Shown: piece by piece, positions 13,050-25,900 of the stretch
How positions within the stretch are numbered: the first letter of the stretch is position 1
How the letters are laid out: each line of letters opens with the position of its first letter
Assembly: GCF_037042905.1 (NCBI RefSeq)
Contig: NC_087245.1
Span: 17,548,001 to 17,612,000 of the forward strand
DNA: 64,000 bases
Reading direction: 5' to 3'
Source: Lytechinus pictus
Lineage: Eukaryota
Program-made: the position numbers and the translations under genes
Notes under the pieces: model-generated
Database searches by the model: none
What the model saw: only the letters and a program-made list of their open reading frames with translations
What the model was told of the DNA's origin: nothing

Positions 13050-13310
13050 AAAAATTATGCAGTAAAAATTATTTATACAGGAGCACCTCAAGGCTCAGTC
13101 CTTGGGCCGCTGCTATTTACCATCTTTATTAAGGATCTACCAATACAAGTCGAGACGTTTTCTCATGTACTGTTGTAATGTTTGGTCTAATCGATTTCTA
13201 AACAATAACGAAATACTTAATCAACTGCACAAGCGTGCAGCGTATAGGGCTATTATATCCGGTTTCTCTTGGATGACCCCATCAAAACAGGTATTTTATC
13301 AACTTACAAC
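13050..13310 (+). mobile_element. Decayed LINE (CR1/L2-group) reverse-transcriptase fragment
   Basis: TGAPQGSVLGPLLFTIFIKDLP (RT motif) joined by internal deletion to YCCNVWSN...LNQLHKRAAYRAII. Confidence 0.8.
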
Positions 13311-14044
13311 CAGCACAACAAAATGTTGATTTGATTTGAATAAAAAGAGAAAAATCCAACAAGCATAACACTGAAAATTTCATCAGAATCGGTTGTAAAA
13401 GGAGAAAGTTATGACATTTTAAAGTTTTGCTTAATTTCACAAAACAGATATACAAATACTGGTCGGTATGCAAATGAGGAGACTGGTGATGCCATCTACT
13501 CACAGTTCTTTGTATTTTAGTATATGAAATATGTAATATTCTAATTTTCTCCTCATCGTCAAGTGAAATAACGATTATTTCTCCCCTGAACCCGTGGAAT
13601 TAACATTGTATAGATGTGGACGTCATTAGACGAAGCGGGTATTGGACGAAACTGGGTCGACGGACGAACTGACGGACAATTTGGTCGAAATGATTATGTC
13701 GGGGCACTGTGGGCAATGGTAATGGAACTGAATCAGCAAAGCCCCCCCCCCCCCAAAAAAAAAAAAAAAAAAAAGGGAAGAAGGAAGGAAAGAAAAATGG
13801 GCTAAGGTAATCAATTTCAATGGGGTTTTATTGACCAAATGTTGTATATTCCCTGGAATCTTTCCGTCATCTGACAGAAGAAAAAAAAAGACACCTTTGT
13901 TTCAAGACTCGTGAAATTTACAAACATTTTTAGGTGTAAGTCATGAATATTCATATATTTCCATGTCCCACTTTTTAAATACATTTTTTAGTTATTTATC
14001 TGCATCTTCACTTCGTGGTTGCGTTGTTTTAAGTTATACTAATT

Positions 14045-15985
14045 CATAGGCGGATCCAGGGGGGCCCAGGCCTTCCCTATTGGCGGAGCAACAAGAAAAG
14101 AAAAAAGGAAAGAAAGAAAAAAAGGGAAAAAAGAGGAGAAAAAGGAGAGGAGGAAGACGAGTGAATGAAAACAAGATTAAAATGAGGGGAAGACTTGGAA
14201 AATAAAAAGAATCTTTCATGTCACTAGGCCTATATAAAATTTTCGCTCGCGCTTCGCGGTCGCACTGTTAGGTGATTTACATAACTTGTTCAACGTGGAG
14301 CTTAAATATCAAGTTTGGAAGTCAATATACAAAACATATTTCACCTCGGAAATCAAACATTCATTATGTTGTGTGATTTACAAATTGATTTTTATAAAGT
14401 GCTCTGTACAAATAGTTTGATTTATCAGGTACTTATTATTTTCGTGTATTCCATAAAATTTTCAAAATATCCCTTTTCAGGTCTGATTGTCAAAACGTAT
14501 CAGCTAGCGTTGCACGATCGCCTTTTGATTGGCGAGTTATGTATGTGTCAGTATTGATTACGCAACAAACTACTTAAAATCCTTTGTTCATGACTGTATG
14601 ATTTTCTGCTCGCGATGTGCACTCACATTAATTCCGCACCCTCATGCATTAATAAATAATATATCAATTTAATAATTAAATTGTCCCTTTTGTTTTATCT
14701 CGCGCTTGGCAAGAGAAATAGAAAGATAGTCATCATTTTCGTATGATGACATGTCCTAAGGATGTCCCGGTCCTATGTCAAAACTCAAAGTAATAATAAT
14801 GAAAAATATCAGCTCTTTATTAAGTGCAATCTATATCCACCTCACAATTTTCCTACAAAGTGCTTGAAATAATGAGCTGAATTTGACCCTTTTTAGATCG
14901 GAATATCAAATATTTTATGCTCGCGCTTCGCGCTCGCTTTGATTTCCATGATAATATGTACTTTTAGAATGCCTAGATTGTAGGATTAAATCTGAAACAG
15001 GCGCGCGTGCATCTGCTCGCGCTTTGTCCTCGCATTATTAATGTAGGTCCTTTTCATGACAATACATAATAGAGCGTCCTGTTTTTAGGTCTAAATCTCG
15101 ATTTTTTCCGCTCGCGCTTCGCGCTCGCATCAATTGTTTAGTTATCACGATTATAAATATTGATTAAAATTTTCCATTCTTTACGTACTAGAAATGTCAA
15201 AAATTTTCAGCTCGCGCTCGCATTATATTGATTGTTGAAATATTTAACGTCTTCATGGCTAAGTGCTAGCAGTCCTTAACAGGTAGGGCCTACCTTTTCG
15301 ATCAGTTCAAAACTCTGCTCTCGCTTTGCGCTCGCATTATTAATGTAAGGAAGATCCCCAATTACTCATCCTTTTCATTATTTAAAAAACATGAATAGAG
15401 TGTCTCGTTTTTAGGTCTAAATCTCGAAATTTTCGGCTTGCACTTCGCCCTCGCATCAATTGTTAAGTTATATACCTGTTCTGTTTAAGTTACAAAAAGT
15501 GCATAGAATTTCCAATCTTCAGGTAAAAGTGTCAACAAATTTCAGCTCGCGCCTGACGCTCGCATTATTTGATTGTTGAAAATTATGTAACGTCTTCATG
15601 GCTAACTGCAAGCAGTAGGTAGGCCGTAGGCCTACCTTTTCGATCAGTTCAAAACGTGTATTAAACATTTCTGCTCGCGCTTCTCGTTCGTAGTATAGTT
15701 GCATACACATCTTTTTCAGGATAACAAACATTGCCTAAAATGTCCAAATTTTAGGGAAAAATACATAAAATAAAAAAGATTGCTCGCTTCGCGCTCGCAT
15801 TATATAAATTATGATTATGATATTATATATTTATGTTGATTTATAAGAGTAATGCTAAGAAGCAACTATTAGAACCACCCCTTCAAAGAAACAAACAAAA
15901 ATCATGTTCGAGCGGCCGATCGGGGAAAATATGGCTGAAAATTCCCCCCCCCCCCCCCTATTGGTGAAGGCTGGATCCGCCCCTG
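14045..15985. mobile_element. Non-autonomous hAT-like DNA element with 6-bp TSD
   Basis: CATAGGCGGATCCAG...CTGGATCCGCCCCTG flanked by CTAATT on both sides. Empty site at 30662-30667. Internal GCTCGCGCTTCGCGCTCGC repeats. Confidence 0.9.
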
Positions 15986-16786
15986 CTAATTGTCTTGTTA
16001 TTGTATTTGTATATCATAAAATCCAAGTCCACCCCAACAATCAAGAAGTGGATTTTGAGAAAATGGAGAAAAATCAAACTACTATAATTATAACGCTGCA
16101 TCATGAGACGGCTATTCTGATTGGAGGTTTACTAGACATTTAATTAATTAAAGTTCTCATCGAGGAAAAGTTCTTCATCACGGTCAAGTGTTAAATAATG
16201 CTTGATCGAGAGCTCGATAACTCTCTAAACTATTTTGGTGGCAGCATACCATTTTTAAAAGGTTATTTTGATAGGGTCTCGCGTTACAATAGAGACGGGC
16301 ACATTACCTCAAAAGGCAAATCCTTGTTGGGCCTATTTAAAAGCGACACATTTTGCAAATTGCATGTCTTTTCTCTAAACAACCTCTAAATGTAAACTGA
16401 AACTAATCAAACTAATTACTCTGTCAGAGTTGTATAAAGGGCTTATCCCATTCATCAAAATCTACGGCAATTTTTTTTTATTTCGCTTAAATCTGTTTGC
16501 CAGAGTGCACATAATAATGACTCTAATCCTCGGTAAACTTGGGCAAAAGTTGCCATAATTAAGCGAACCTTTAAATAAAATTCACAATTATCGTTTATAC
16601 CATCACGACAACTTGATACTTTATATATAATGTATACCAATTTGATGAGCATCAATAGCAAAGGCCAGATATTGCAGAATAAATATAATATTCATGAACT
16701 TCTTTGTGATAGCTAATTATGTCCTTCATACAAACGTCCTTGGCTCGATGGCGTTATTCTCCCATGCAGCGGATGGGAGGCCTCGA

Positions 16787-16793
16787 TATAAAA
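16787..16793 (+). promoter_or_regulatory. Putative TATA box, copy B
   Basis: TATAAAA about 140 nt upstream of the modelled ATG, at the same position in C and D. Confidence 0.5.
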
Positions 16794-16925
16794 TGTTGAT
16801 ATCATTACTGTAACAACGGCACATTCAGATGAACAAATTCTTCATTCTGAGAGAGGAACTATACCTCTTTCACATTTCACGAAACTATTTGAAGATTTCC
16901 TTCTGCTGCTCTCAGGACTCGGTGC

Positions 16926-19900
16926 ATGAAAAAAACATCAGTAATCATGGTAAGCTCATACTTTCTAGTATCATTATTATTACTACACTGTAAAAAATGA
17001 AGTGCTAATTAAGCACTTACAGTGCTTGCATAGTGACTGCACTACGAGTGCTGATTTTTTAGTTCAAATTTAAACTAGAAAATCAATACTCGTATAGTGC
17101 AGTCACTATACATGCACTTTAAGTGCTAAAATAGCACTTTATTTTTTACAGTGTATTATCATTATTATTATTATCATTATCGCAGATTTCATATCCGTCA
17201 TGATTTATCATGGACATAATTACGGTTTCATGATGTTTACTTTTACTTCTTAGGCCAATTTTCCATTTCCTTTCTTGGTCAATAAAAAAAATGAACTAAA
17301 ATAGTTGCCTGTTATTTACATGTTGCACTCCTGTATTTGTCCCCCCCCCCCCTCATCTCTCTCTATATATATCTCTCTCTCCCTCCTTGAACAGTCTTGA
17401 AAACAAGTCCTTGTTCTTTTTTAATGTTCGATTTATTTAGGGAAAATTGATTTTGTATTCAGTTACGTCCATCACAATCGTCATGGAATTCTTAATTGAT
17501 ATCTCTTTCTGCTTCTTTCAGTCTGTCGTATGCTCATCACAGAGTTTGCCTATTTTCCTGTTCCTCATTCCAGTGAGTTTCGTTCATGGTGGTAAGTTTG
17601 AATTTGATATTTTGACCCTTTTTTATTTGTATTGATTATCATGATTACAAACAAAACATCTCATAATTACTGTAGACAAAAAGAAAAACAACATAGAAAA
17701 AATAACTAAAATAATAATCAGAATAACAATATCAATAAGAATATAAAGTGACCCTGTTTTTAATCATACACTTTCTTCTTATAATATTTTTGCGATACAT
17801 AAATCGCGGTATAATCTGTGAAGAGAATGTAATGTTGGATTGTAACATAGCCAATCCTTACTATCTTTTCAACAGTAAAGTAAATCGTGGAGAAAACACT
17901 CGGAATGATCACGAATGTATCGTAGATCCCGTGATCCCACTTTTATTTTTTGTAACTTCCAGTTTAGTTCATACTTCAGTACTTTACATATTTAACAGAA
18001 ATATTCGGGGAAACGCATAAACGATCAAAATTACCGTCTTGTCGATTTTTTTTAACAATACAGTTGCTGAATTAAAAGAGCTTTGCGACCCAGACCCTTT
18101 ATCATGTAAGAACATCAATCTATCTGGAGGGAGATCGATTCAACTAATTCCAAGATGAGCATCAACATCAAACGATCCTGAACCAGTTCTGGGAAAACTC
18201 CCATCTTGGCGCCATTTTGTCTGTGTTTTACCGAAAAGAAATGGTGAGTGCATAAAAACAATCTTCTACAGATATTTTGGACATGATAGGCCTTTGTCCC
18301 CTTATATCGTGAGATTTCGCAAAAATATTTTCTAGGCTATTTGGATTACAGTTGCTCATTTCACCTTTCTTTAGATGGGTATTATGACCGGTTCTCTCGA
18401 GCCATTTGGCGCATCTTCCTCCCGGATCTTCCTGTTCCTATAATATGCTAATATGTCGTCTATCGTGTTTAAGTATTTCTGGAGGAGCCGCATCTGTTAC
18501 AGGTGCTCTTCGAATTGTCATTTTTGTGTGACATTGTAGAGTTTTGCTTCTGACCAAATTGCTTTGTTGCACCAAATATGCAAAAGTCTATACATGTTAT
18601 TCATTGGCAGCGGAACGGTTTTGAAAGGGGGAGGGGCTGAACATACACAAAATCGCAATCATGGTCATTTTTGCGTTTTTGTACAAAGTTTTGGGAAAAG
18701 TGGGGCTGAAGCCCCTAGCCCCCCCCCCCCCGGTTCAGTGAGCCATGTTAATCTGTAAATGTGGAAGGGTCTGGTTAATTAAAGAATTCATTATTAACTT
18801 TTCCCCTTGTTTGTCCTTTATTTCGGATCGTGCTTTCCTACTATCTTTTGCAAAGAGCGATTTTGTACGATTCGTATTGACTATTGACTGCATCCTATGC
18901 AGTCTGCTTCCTCTTCTTGAACCATGGACCGTGTTTTAAAGTGTTTCGTAAATATCTTATCGAGAATAGTACTTCTATACAATGTGCCTTTACACTATCT
19001 TCTATAGGCGGGCCAGACCGGATTCGTTAATGTTTTTGCTCTCTTCCATCATCATGATCATGTGTCCATGTTTCTACTGTCTACAGGAAGTTCTGTCCCA
19101 ACACAATCACCATCCGTAAATAGTTTTTTAATTAGCATTATTATATCGTCTTTGTATTATTATGTCAATATCGTAGAGACTCCTACGGATACATCACCAC
19201 CACTAGAAACTCTCGATGGAGGAAGTTCGATAACCTCGCCAGAAATTTCATCCAGTGGATCAACTGAAGCTTCGTCAGAACAAGCAATGTCAGGCTCAGT
19301 AACTACTCCATCAGAACCTACGACCAATGGTAAAACAAGCCCCCAGCCCCCCTTCTCGGTTCCGTGCCCATAATAATCTGTAATAGCTCCATGGTTAAAG
19401 TGATAGGGTCTGATAACACTTCCATAATGATTTTCCTCGTTTGTCCTTTATGTCGGATCATGCATTCCTCCTAACCTTTTTGCAGTTAGGTATTGCGATT
19501 TTGCACGATTCTTATTGACCCAATCCTGTGCAGTCTTCTTCCTTTTCTTGAACCATGGATCATGTTTTTCATTGTTCCTTTAATGTCTCATCGAGAATGG
19601 TACTACTATCAATGTTTCTTCTAGACCAGACCGGTTTTGCTAATGTTTTTGCTCTCTTCCATTCATCTATGATCTTCCATGTTTCTCCTACACGAAGTTC
19701 TGTCCTAACACAATCACCATCGGTAATTGTTTTTTATGTCAATATCGTATAGATACTCCCATGGATGCATCACCACCCCAAAAGACTCCTGGTGGAGGAA
19801 GTTCGACAACTTCACCAGAACTTTCATCCAGTGGATCAACTGAAGCTTCGTCAGAACAAGCATTGACCCCAATGACAGGCTCTTCAACTACTCCATCAGA

Positions 19901-22900
19901 ACCTACGACCAATGGTGAAACAAGCCCCCAGCCCTCCTTCTCGGTTCCGTGCCCATAATAATCTGTAATAGCTCCATGGTTAAAGTGATAGGGTCTGATA
20001 ACACTTCCATAATGATTTTCCTCGTTTGTCCTTTATGTCGGATCATGCATTCCTCCTAACTCTTTTGCAGTTAGGTATCGCGATTTTGTACGATTCTTAT
20101 TGACCCAATCCTGTGCAGTCTTCTTCCTTTTCTTGAACCATGGATCATGTTTTTCAGTGTTCCTTTAATGTCTCATCGAGAATAGTACTGCTATCAATGT
20201 TTCTTCTAGACCAGACCGGTTTTGCTAATTTTTTTGCTCTCTTCCATTCATCTATGATCTTCCATGTTTCTCCTACACGAAGTTCTGTCCTAACACAATC
20301 ACCATCGGTAATTGGTTTTTATGTCAATATCGTATAGATACTCCCATGGATGCATCACCGCCCCAAGAAACTCCTGGTGGAGGAAGTTCGATAACTTCAC
20401 CAGAACTTTCTTCCAGTGGATCAACTGAAGCTTCGTCAGAACAAGCAATGACCCCAATGACAGGCTCTTCAACTACTCCATCAGAACATACGACAGACGA
20501 TGCAGCGACAACTTTGTCACACCCTACAACAATTCCTTCTACGGAGGCTTTACCTGAAACCACAACAAAAGGAACCTCAGGTGTGAATTCGTGTAAGACG
20601 CTCTATTCAATGGGGCATCAAACAAGTGGTGTCTATGCCATCTCTCCTAGCGGTGTGGGTCTGACCGATGTCTACTGCGATATGACCACCGATAGCGGAG
20701 GGTGGACAATCTTCCAGGTACGTTCCGCCAGGTTCTCGGTGTGAAATGAATCTATCCGATGTTTATGTTTTATTAAGATGGTCAATATTTTTGCTTAATC
20801 GCATCTTTTTTTTCGTTTCTCTTTTCTTTTCTTTTTTTAAAAGAACTTTTGCTCTATCCACCATTTCATTCTGGCCTCTTCATCATGTTAATATAGGCCA
20901 AATAAGTAGAATTTTGTAGACTTGCTCGCTTCGCCCGCTCACAATTTTTCTGAAATATTCCAACGTATCTAAACTCAACCTTCTCTTGCACGCTCACTAT
21001 TCGATAATTTTTTTCACATATCACATCCTTCACAATAATAATATGCATACAGAAACGTTATGACGGATCTGTGGATTTTTACCGCAATTATACCGAGTAT
21101 GTTCGTGGATTTGGTGACGTCGAGGGCGAATACTGGTTGGGATTAGACCAACTCTACTTACTTGCTAAAGATGGAGTCGAACTCAGAATCGATATGGTTG
21201 ATTACGATAACAATCCATTCTACGCTCATTATGGCAGTTTTAGCATTGGAAGTACCAACACCAAGTAAGGTTCTTACAATTTTCCTTCGCTATAATTATA
21301 GAGAGAGCGTATGGAAAACGTTACATTTTGGAAAAGCTGTCAAAATTACGCTTATTAATGAAGTATCATTGTGTAATATCTCTAAAATCTTCTCTATTAG
21401 ATGACACCACGAGATATTTTGTACATGCTTGAGCGCAAAACGACATGTTTTATCAGGGTGACGAGAATGGCTTGCACCATAATGAAGGAATGGGCAGTCA
21501 AATCAAATGATTTGCTCGAGTTATTAAGATCTTTTCACATACTATTTATTCTTGATTAGTACAGGATAGAAGAGGCATAACCTTGTTTTTACATATATAT
21601 TATATTTTTTGATGGTTTCTTGTCAATTTTAGAGTGCTGATTACGAATCTGAATGATGCCACTCGTGTAACCTTGAGCATTTCCCGCAAATTGGCAAAAT
21701 CCAATATGGCCGCCAAAATATGCAAATTACCCATGAAAATCATAAAAATTGCCCGCACATTGGCAACAAAATGCATGAAATTGTGTGGCAGGAGTGAAAT
21801 ACTCGCTGAATAAATAATTTTTGACAAAATATCTATTTTCTGGATCATAATGGCCGCCATAGGCCTCTGTATACTCTATTATGTACAACATGAATAGGGA
21901 AAACTAATTTTCACAAAAAATGAGCGCTAAACTGCAAGAAATCGTGATCTATGAACGAAGTTCTGTATGCAAATCGTCATTACTAACGAGATATATCATT
22001 TATTATATCAAGTATGGGAACATTTCTGTATTTTGATATTTAAAATAGCCGCCACTGGCCAAAACAGTATTATGTACAATGGCAAAGGGGGCCAAAAGAA
22101 TCACAAGAGTGAGCACTAAAATGCATATTATTAAGATAAACGAGTGGAATACTGACTAAAAACATAATTGTTAGCGAAATTTATCATTTAATATGCCATG
22201 TATGTGATAAATGTTGTATTTTGATATTCAAAATTGCTGCCTAAGACCCTAACAGTATTACGTACAATGAGAAAGAGGACCAAAGAAATTACAAGAGGTG
22301 GCACTAAAATGCATATGTATGTGATAAAGTTACGTAATACTGTCTAAAAAAACCATAATGAATATTCGTAGTACACGTAAATGGAGTAGATCTCCAACGA
22401 AATATAGTTTGTGTTAAATACTATATTTTGACTTTCAAAATGGCCGCCATAGACATTGACTGTATTATGTATAATGCGAACTGGGAAACTAATATTCACA
22501 GGAGTGAGCACCATAAATGTACGTTATAGTGATCCATGAGTATAATATTAGCAACAGTAAGGAAAGACTATCCCCCAGCAAAGCACAATCATATCATCTT
22601 CCTTATCTTTTCTTTTAACTACCCTTTTCCCAACAACTTCGCCGGTTAAAAATAATCAGCAGTGCGCTGCCTGCATATAACCGGCGCCGATCAAGGATAA
22701 TCAGCGCCACCTAAATCTAAATCGGGGCCGGACAAGAATAATCAGCGCCATCTGGTTATAAATCGGCGCTGCCAGAGTCTTAACCGGCGCCGATCAAGAA
22801 TAGGCCTAATCAGCTCCACCTAAATCTAAATCGGCGCCAGGCAAGAATAAACGGCGCCATCTGGTTATAAATCGGCGCCGGTATAGAAAAATCGGCGCTG

Positions 22901-25900
22901 CCTGAGTTCGTAACCGGCGCCGATCAAGGATAATCAGCTCCACCTATATCTAAATCGGGGCTGGTCAAGAATAATCAGCGCCATCTGGTTATAAATCGGC
23001 GCTGCCTGAATCTTAACCGGCGCCGATCAAGAATAATCAGCTCCACCTAAATCTAAATCGGCGCCGGGCAAGAATAAATGGCGCCATCTGGTTATAAATC
23101 GGTGCCGGTAAAGAAAAATCGGCGCTGCCTGAGTTCGTAACCGGCGCCGATCTAGGATAATCAGCGCCACCTATATCTAAATCGGGGCTGGTCAAGAATA
23201 ATCAGCGCCATCTGGTTATAAATCGGCGCTGCCTGAGTCTTAACCGGCGCCGATCAAGAATAATCAGCTCCACTTAAATCTATATCTGTTTTAGAAAGAT
23301 TATATGTTTAAATTGATGTATATTTCTGTTATAATGAAATAATTTAAGTGGACTTCAGGGAATGGTCGTACGCAGCAAGGGGGAAGGGGGGGGGGGCACA
23401 TTCGCGATCTGCTGTTGTGAAAAACATTTTTTTTCCTTAACATTTCATGAAAACTATGAAAAATGTGCAAATGTGAGATGTGCACCAAATTTTCGAGTCT
23501 TGCCCCCCCCCCCCCGGAAACATTATCTGCGTGTGGTCATGCAAAATGGCGTGACTGGAAATCCTAAATTTTGAAAAGAGCATTTGACAGGGTCAGACTT
23601 TACTCCTTTTTCAACATTTTCTTTTATGTCGCCGGTGAAGTGCAAAAATATGTGCGCCGCTCGGCAGTGCGCCCCCCCCCCCTTTCGCCAAAAGCTGGAT
23701 CCGCCTATGCAATTATATGCAATATTTATAGTCAAGCAAAGCCAAATTCTGTCAAAATTATATGTCACATGTTCCTATGTACATAATACTTTTAGGACCT
23801 ATGGCAGCCATTTTGGATTTCAAAGTATACAGCATTTATTACCTCCATGACCAATATGTGATGTATGTAGTTAGAAATCATGGTTAAGACAATATTTTTA
23901 ATCGTACATAACAGTTACATGCATTTTATGATTCTCACTCTTGTGAAAATTAGTTTGGTTAGGGCTTGTAGCGGCTATTTTGAATGTCAAAATACAGTAT
24001 TTATCACCTACATGGCAGAAGAAATGCTATAATTCCTTCAAAATTATGTTTTCAAATAATATTTTACTCATACAACAGGATTATATGGATTTCATAGTCA
24101 AGCAAACCCAAATTCTTACAAAATTATATGTCCCCATTTACATTCTCGATAATAATGTTAGGGCCTTTATGGGCCAATTTTGAATTTCACAATACAGCAT
24201 TTATTTCATGCATGACAAAAGAAATGATATGCCTCGCTAGAAAACATGTTTTCAGACAAAATTTTACTCGTAGATCACAATTACATGCATTTTATGTTTC
24301 TTACTCTTGTGAAAAATAGTTTCTCCATTTGCATTGTACATAATAAATATAGGGCCCATGGCGGCCATTTTGAATGTCAAATTATAGCATTTATCACATA
24401 CATGGCATAATGAATAATATCTTTTGTTAACAATTATGTTTTTAGTCAGTATTCCACTCGTTTATCTTAATAATATGCATTTTAGTGCTCACTCTTGTGA
24501 TTTTTTTGGCCCCCATTGCCATTGTACATACTACTGTTTGGGCCAGTGGCGGCTATTTTAAATATCAAAATACAGCAATTTTCCCATACATGACATAATA
24601 TATATATCTCGTTAGTAATGGTGATTTGCATACTGTACTTCGTTCATATATCACGATTTCTTGCGGTTTAGTGCTCATTTTTGTGAAAATGAGTTTTCCC
24701 TATTCATGTTGTACATAATAGAGTTTACAGAGGCCTATGGCGGCTATTTTGAATATCCAGAAAACAGATATTTTGTCAAAAATTATTTTTTCAGAGAGTA
24801 TTTCACTCCTGCCACAAAATTTCATGCATTTATTGCCAATGTGCGGGCAATTTTGTGACTTTTATGGGTAATTCACATATTTTGGCGGCCATATTGGATT
24901 TTGCCAATTTGTGGAAAATGCTCAAGGTTACACGAGTGACATCATTCAGATTCGTAATCAGCACCCTCGAATTGACAAGCAACCATAAAAAAATATTGTA
25001 TATATGAAAAAACAAGGTTCGTCAATTTTCTATGGGGCCAATCCTGGACTAAATCATGCTTAAAACAGTGGACAATAGACATTTTTTTTAAATCTATTTT
25101 GGGTATTCACATACGTGATTTTGACAGCTTTTTCAAAATGAAACGTTTATCGTTCGTCAAATTTTGATTTTTGTTTATATTGCTTATATAATTCTACATT
25201 ACACATTACTACCGAACCAACAGCAACGATTGCATCTTAGCAAACTTTCACTAAATCTATATTATCTTGTCCCATACACAAATTAACTATCTTTATTTGC
25301 GCTATGGAAGTAGAATTTGGGGGTAAATCTATCGATAAAGCCATCGAAAAACTTTTTTTTTCAAAGACTCTTTGTATCTAGGATTGTTATAAATATGCAT
25401 ACACATACAAAAATTTCTTTAGTGGGTCTTTTTATCGTCGTGTTTTTCCTGTTTATTTATTTTTTTAACTATGTTTTTTTATATAATTTTTCGTCGATAC
25501 TTGAAAGTGCTATTTAAATCGAATGTTACAAGGGTCACGAAACCGAAGGGGGGCGGGTGGCGCTTCAGCTCTCCCAGTATTTAACCATTTTCACAAAGAG
25601 TGAAAATGACCAACGATTTTATGCATGCCCCCCCCCCCCTCGCTTTCCATATCGTTCTGCAGCCCCTCTGTAAAAAGATACAGTTACTAATTTTGACTAG
25701 AAACAGAGTTTACATTGGATTTTTGCATGAAATTACTTTTTTAGCAAATTTGGGCCTAACAATAACCATGAGCAGATGACCAATAAACAAATTACGATAA
25801 TTTAAGGGGTACTCCAGGCTGAAAATGATATGATTTGAAAAAGATAAAGAAAAAATAGACAAACAAAACACTGAAGAATTGTTTGAAAATGGACAAGGAA

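Noticed and set aside
16438..16451. NF-kB site upstream of the genes (GGGCTTATCCC)
   Set aside because: Mismatches the GGGRNWYYCC consensus and differs in copy C; a chance occurrence is likely.
17340..17385. SpTransformer(185/333)-style GA-microsatellite-bounded duplication units
   Set aside because: The CT/TA tracts are short, intronic and do not mark unit boundaries.
22660..23280. CRISPR-like array
   Set aside because: The inter-core segments themselves repeat periodically; there are no unique spacers.
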